From Archangium sp. (GTDB lineage: Bacteria > Myxococcota > Myxococcia > Myxococcales > Myxococcaceae), in assembly GCA_031367385.1 (NCBI GenBank), contig JANLPS010000513.1, positions 1 to 11,613 on the forward strand: a DNA stretch of 11,613 nucleotides. Reading direction: 5' to 3'. A program made the position numbers and the translations under genes. The notes below the pieces were generated by a model. The model did not search any database. It was given only the letters and a program-made list of their open reading frames with translations, and was not told where the DNA came from. Below are positions 8,512-11,613 of this stretch, one piece after another. Every line of letters starts with the position of its first letter. Position 1 is the first letter of the stretch.

Positions 8512-9030
8512 ATGAGGTTGTATCCCAAGCTGGTTCCCATCATTGCGCGAGAGATCATTGCGCGCCTGGTGCAGGAAAACGACATCGAGGTCGAAGCCAT
8601 TCGCGTGGCCGACGCTGAGCTCGACATGGCCGCGATCATGCGTGAGTACCTCGCCAATGAAGAGCGGGTCAATCAAGCGACCCGTGAGGCGCTCGAGCGA
8701 CGTGGCTACGACTTTTCGAAGTTCAATCAGGTCAAGCGCGAGATGGCCGACGTGCGCGGCTTCAAGCTCGGCGACGACGGTGTCGAGTTTCTGATCAACC
8801 AAATGCTCGAGTTCTTGCTGATCAGCCGCAACATCGAAGAGGTTTTCGCTGACGACACCGGCATGCGCCCGAAGATCTTGTCGGTGATGAAGAAGCACCT
8901 CGACATCGACGAAGACATCGACCGCGAGGCGAAGGGCCGACTGAAGCACCTGCAAGAGGGCACCAGCGCGTACGAAATCGAGTACCAGAAGGCGCTCGAG
9001 CAGATTCGCCGCGCCCGGGGCCTGGTCTAA
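8512..9030 (+). CDS. DUF507 family protein, 172 aa
   Basis: All-helical charged protein starting MRLYPK with the pattern ...VKREMADVRGF...EEVFADD...EDIDREAKGRL...RGLV, recognised from memory as DUF507-like. Strong codon bias; AAGG upstream. Confidence 0.8.
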   Translation: MRLYPKLVPIIAREIIARLVQENDIEVEAIRVADAELDMAAIMREYLANEERVNQATREALERRGYDFSKFNQVKREMADVRGFKLGDDGVEFLINQMLEFLLISRNIEEVFADDTGMRPKILSVMKKHLDIDEDIDREAKGRLKHLQEGTSAYEIEYQKALEQIRRARGLV

Positions 9031-9031
9031 C

Positions 9032-9382
9032 TCACAGCGTGTTGTTGTTTTTGATCGCTCCGGCGGCTTGAGAGAGCCGCCGTCGAAGCTGAGCCACCAC
9101 GACCATCAGGTACTCGAGCCGGTTGAGCACGCGAAAGTCTTCGGCGGCTTCAATCAGGCGAATCGGGCCGGGCTGGTCGCTGCGAAGCACATCGAGAATG
9201 TCGGTGAAGTGCGCCTCGACTTCGACGATCGCGTCGAGCCCTTCGCGCAAATCATCTTCGAGAAAATCGAGCAGCACCGACGAGTCTTCACGCTGGGGGA
9301 GAAATCGCTCGAGCCGATCGACCGATTCACCAATGGCATCGACTGACTTCGAGAGCGGCGCGGCTGACTGGGTTGAAGGCAT
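9032..9382 (-). CDS. Hypothetical acidic helical protein, 116 aa
   Basis: ATG start, GC3-biased codons, amphipathic helical pattern, good promoter immediately upstream. Convergent with the DUF507 gene, with 1 nt between the stop codons. Confidence 0.8.
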   Translation of the reverse strand: MPSTQSAAPLSKSVDAIGESVDRLERFLPQREDSSVLLDFLEDDLREGLDAIVEVEAHFTDILDVLRSDQPGPIRLIEAAEDFRVLNRLEYLMVVVAQLRRRLSQAAGAIKNNNTL

Positions 9383-9389
9383 GGAGCAA

Positions 9390-9417
9390 ACGCTACAGCC
9401 CTGATCACGCCGGTCAA
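9390..9417 (-). promoter_or_regulatory. Sigma70-type promoter for a leaderless transcript of the 116-aa gene
   Basis: The minus strand reads TTGACC (9417-9412)-N16-TAGCGT (9395-9390)-N7-ATG (9382). No Shine-Dalgarno. Confidence 0.6.
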
Positions 9418-9419
9418 TT

Positions 9420-10298
9420 TTACCACTTCAAGTTGCCCTTGTTCTCGGCGGCCTGGGCCTTGTCTCCGGGGCGGGTGATGCCGACCAGGGTGGCGCGCAC
9501 GGCGCCCAGGTCGATCATGCCCAGCGCGGCCAGCGGCAAACGACGCGCATCGTCCGAGATCCACACGTGAATTTCGCGCCGAGCGTCTTGCAAGTCGGTG
9601 CGGGCCGCCTCCCCGGCGATGTGCCAGGCCTCGAACTCGCCGACCGGCAGCGAGACGTGCTCGCGGGGCAGCACGGTGCCCCAGACCCGCCAGACCCGAC
9701 GAATGCCGTAGACGTCGAAGCACACCGACTTGCCTTCTTTCCACTCCAGCTGGCGCAGCAGGTACATCGCGCCGGCAACATCGGTGACGTCGTTGGCCCA
9801 GCTGAGCTCGAAGTCACCGGTCTTGTCGTTCACCGTCGAGACGACCTTCAGGGTCTTGTTCTTGCGAAAGCTGACATCGGCGACGCGGTGGGTCTCGTTT
9901 TCTTGGGTGTCTTCGAAGTAGTGCGTCGAGCGCAGGGTCTTCGGGTTGAGCGAGCTGGTCGCGGTGCCGTTGACCCGCCGAACCTTCGAGAAGAACGTGT
10001 TGGTCTCGGCGTGCACCTCGATCGGCAACACCTCGTCGCGCTTGGCCAGCACGCGCATGGTCATCTTGCCAGCGCGGGCCCCGAGGGCGTCGAGGTCATA
10101 GTCGAGGGCCTCGCCGGGGCCGAACGAGAAGGGGGCCTTGGGGCTGCCCAGCGCAAGGCAGCTGGCATCGGCGGGAAAGGTGGTCTTGGTCGGGGCCACG
10201 GCGGCGGGAGGAGGCGGCGGAGCGGGGGCCGGCGCCACGATGTTCTGACCCGCCTCCGCGACGAGACAGACCAGGGTAAGCAGAAAGACATTCTTCAT
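9420..10298 (-). CDS. DUF3108-like exported beta-rich protein, 292 aa, with N-terminal Pro-rich linker
   Basis: Signal-peptide-like MKNVFLLTLVCLVAEA, linker APAPAPPPPPAA, motifs FGPGEALDYD...LG..AG, E.VSLPVGEFEAW and IHVWISDDARRLP. Confidence 0.8.
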   Translation of the reverse strand: MKNVFLLTLVCLVAEAGQNIVAPAPAPPPPPAAVAPTKTTFPADASCLALGSPKAPFSFGPGEALDYDLDALGARAGKMTMRVLAKRDEVLPIEVHAETNTFFSKVRRVNGTATSSLNPKTLRSTHYFEDTQENETHRVADVSFRKNKTLKVVSTVNDKTGDFELSWANDVTDVAGAMYLLRQLEWKEGKSVCFDVYGIRRVWRVWGTVLPREHVSLPVGEFEAWHIAGEAARTDLQDARREIHVWISDDARRLPLAALGMIDLGAVRATLVGITRPGDKAQAAENKGNLKW

Positions 10299-11065
10299 CG
10301 GGCGACTCCGGGGGTGGGGGCACGGCCAGGCTCATATTGCACGGCGTCGGCCACGATGGTGCCGATGACGAAGTCGGCCTCGGCGCGAATCGGCAGCTGC
10401 CTGGCGTCTGCGGTGTAGTACACGTGAATGTCGCCGCGGGTCGAGAGGCTGCCCTTGAAGTCGGCGTTCACGCTGACCCGCCAGACGTCGAAGGTACCCA
10501 GCGGCGTGGTGAGGGGTTGGCGCCCTTCGACCTTGGCGTGCATCACGAACTGCTTTGAACCGGTGAAGATGGCGCGCTCGAAGACGGCGCCTTCTGAGAA
10601 CGCTACGGTGCGCAGCCAGAAGCCGGCGGCGGCAACGTCGAGGGCGTCGGCGCGAATGTCCCACGTTTGCTCGACTGCAGGCTGCCCCTCTTTTTGCTTC
10701 GTGGCGAAGACCTTCTCGGCAGCTCGGTCATAGCGGTAGCGCTCGCGGCGGCGCTTGCGCTGCTCGTCGACGAAGAAGTCAGACCCGACGTTCTGCGCGC
10801 TGGCGGGGTCCCAGAACGAGATGAACTTGTCGTGCATGGCGTAAATCGACGCGATTGAGCGCGTCTCTCCGAGGCAGACGATGGGCCAGACCTCGAGCCC
10901 ATCTCGTTGCAGCGACGCGCCCACCCTCAGGTCTGCGACCCCGGCCGACAGACCCAAGAACCGCACGTCGTAGGCGATGTGCTCGCCCGGCCCGAACCCA
11001 GCCGGCTCAGACGCGAGGCTGCTGGTCGCAAGAAAAAAACCGACGAAATACGAGCAATTGCGCAT
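10295..11065 (-). CDS. DUF3108-like exported beta-rich protein, ~256 aa
   Basis: ATG 11065 gives the signal-peptide-like MRNCSYFVGFFLATSSLA (the track start at 11119 is probably too long). Motifs FGPGEHIAYD...LG..AG, LTTPLGTFDVW and IHVYYTADARQLP. ATGA overlap with the downstream paralog. Confidence 0.8.
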   Translation of the reverse strand: MRNCSYFVGFFLATSSLASEPAGFGPGEHIAYDVRFLGLSAGVADLRVGASLQRDGLEVWPIVCLGETRSIASIYAMHDKFISFWDPASAQNVGSDFFVDEQRKRRRERYRYDRAAEKVFATKQKEGQPAVEQTWDIRADALDVAAAGFWLRTVAFSEGAVFERAIFTGSKQFVMHAKVEGRQPLTTPLGTFDVWRVSVNADFKGSLSTRGDIHVYYTADARQLPIRAEADFVIGTIVADAVQYEPGRAPTPGVAR

Positions 11066-11163
11066 CACAGAGGCCCAACACGGCACCGGCTTGCTCGAAT
11101 TCACATTTATTTTCGGCACTGAGCTCGAAGTATGGTGCGCCCGCGAACATCACGGGAGCGGTA

Positions 11164-11613
11164 ATGCGTCGTTGTCTGACCTTTGTGGCGGTTCTAGCGG
11201 CCTTTGGGTGCACAAAACCGGGCACCGAGGAGCCCGCGAAAACCACGAAGATCGCGACGACCTACCGAGTGATTACCGGTATTTCGATGGGGGCCATCGG
11301 GGCCAGCGCGCTGGGGCTGTCGAGCTCCGAGAAGGTCGACGGGGTGGCCTCGATGGGAGGCCCAATCGACGCGGCGTTCTTTGCGCACACCCTCGACGAG
11401 CGCTTTAGCGGCGGGTTTTGCCCCCGGGCGGCCCTGGAGGCCCAGCTGGCGAAAGACCCGGCGGGCCTCAACGACCCGGCGCTGATGAACGCGTGCAAGC
11501 AGGCCCAACCGCCCCTGATGCAGTTCGAGCACCCGAACGAGTTCAATCATTTCTTCACCACGCTCAGCGGCAGCAACTTCAACCGCGATCAATACGTGCG
11601 CCTGATGACCGAC
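11164..11613 (+). CDS. Putative lipoprotein with alpha/beta-hydrolase-like nucleophile elbow; 3' end truncated by the window
   Basis: GGAG (11155-11158) 5 nt before ATG 11164, and TATGGT at 11131-11136. Translation MRRCLTFVAVLAAFG-C16-TKPG...TYRVITGISMGAIGASALG...VDGVASMGGP...; open for 150 codons to the edge. Absent from the ORF track. Confidence 0.8.
   Translation, partial: MRRCLTFVAVLAAFGCTKPGTEEPAKTTKIATTYRVITGISMGAIGASALGLSSSEKVDGVASMGGPIDAAFFAHTLDERFSGGFCPRAALEAQLAKDPAGLNDPALMNACKQAQPPLMQFEHPNEFNHFFTTLSGSNFNRDQYVRLMTD

Noticed and set aside
10199..10236. GC-rich low-complexity run
   Set aside because: It encodes the Pro/Ala linker of the DUF3108-like protein and is not an independent repeat element.
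11081..11095. Sigma54-like CGGCACCGGCTTGCT
   Set aside because: The GG-to-GC spacing is 9 nt; sigma54 promoters require 10.
1..11613. CRISPR array, tRNA/rRNA, IS, prophage or defence genes
   Set aside because: No regularly spaced repeats, cloverleaf, transposase/integrase or defence-domain motifs were seen, and all intergenic gaps are under 170 nt.

Overview
High-GC bacterial chromosomal region. Gene content and order suggest Myxococcota (inference). It is mostly housekeeping: a truncated divergent gene start at the left edge, cysS, an Ala-rich orphan gene (-), a PA-domain M28 metallopeptidase, translationally coupled uvrB-uvrC, a DUF507-family gene, a small helical hypothetical (-), a coupled pair of exported DUF3108-like paralogs (-), and the 5' part of a lipoprotein with a GxSxG motif that the ORF track missed. 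I saw no tRNA, rRNA, CRISPR array, transposase, integrase or clear defence system. Three features stand out: (1) a perfect 9-2-9 palindrome upstream of uvrBC whose right arm (TGTCAGGGT..CCTGSTA) recurs upstream of the peptidase and resembles WYL/PafBC-type damage promoters rather than a LexA box; (2) a startless, codon-biased 58-codon frame with Cys-Cys-Cys directly in frame behind the cysS UGA, bracketed by near-identical palindromes; (3) apparently widespread leaderless promoters. No database searches were run; family calls come from motif recognition.
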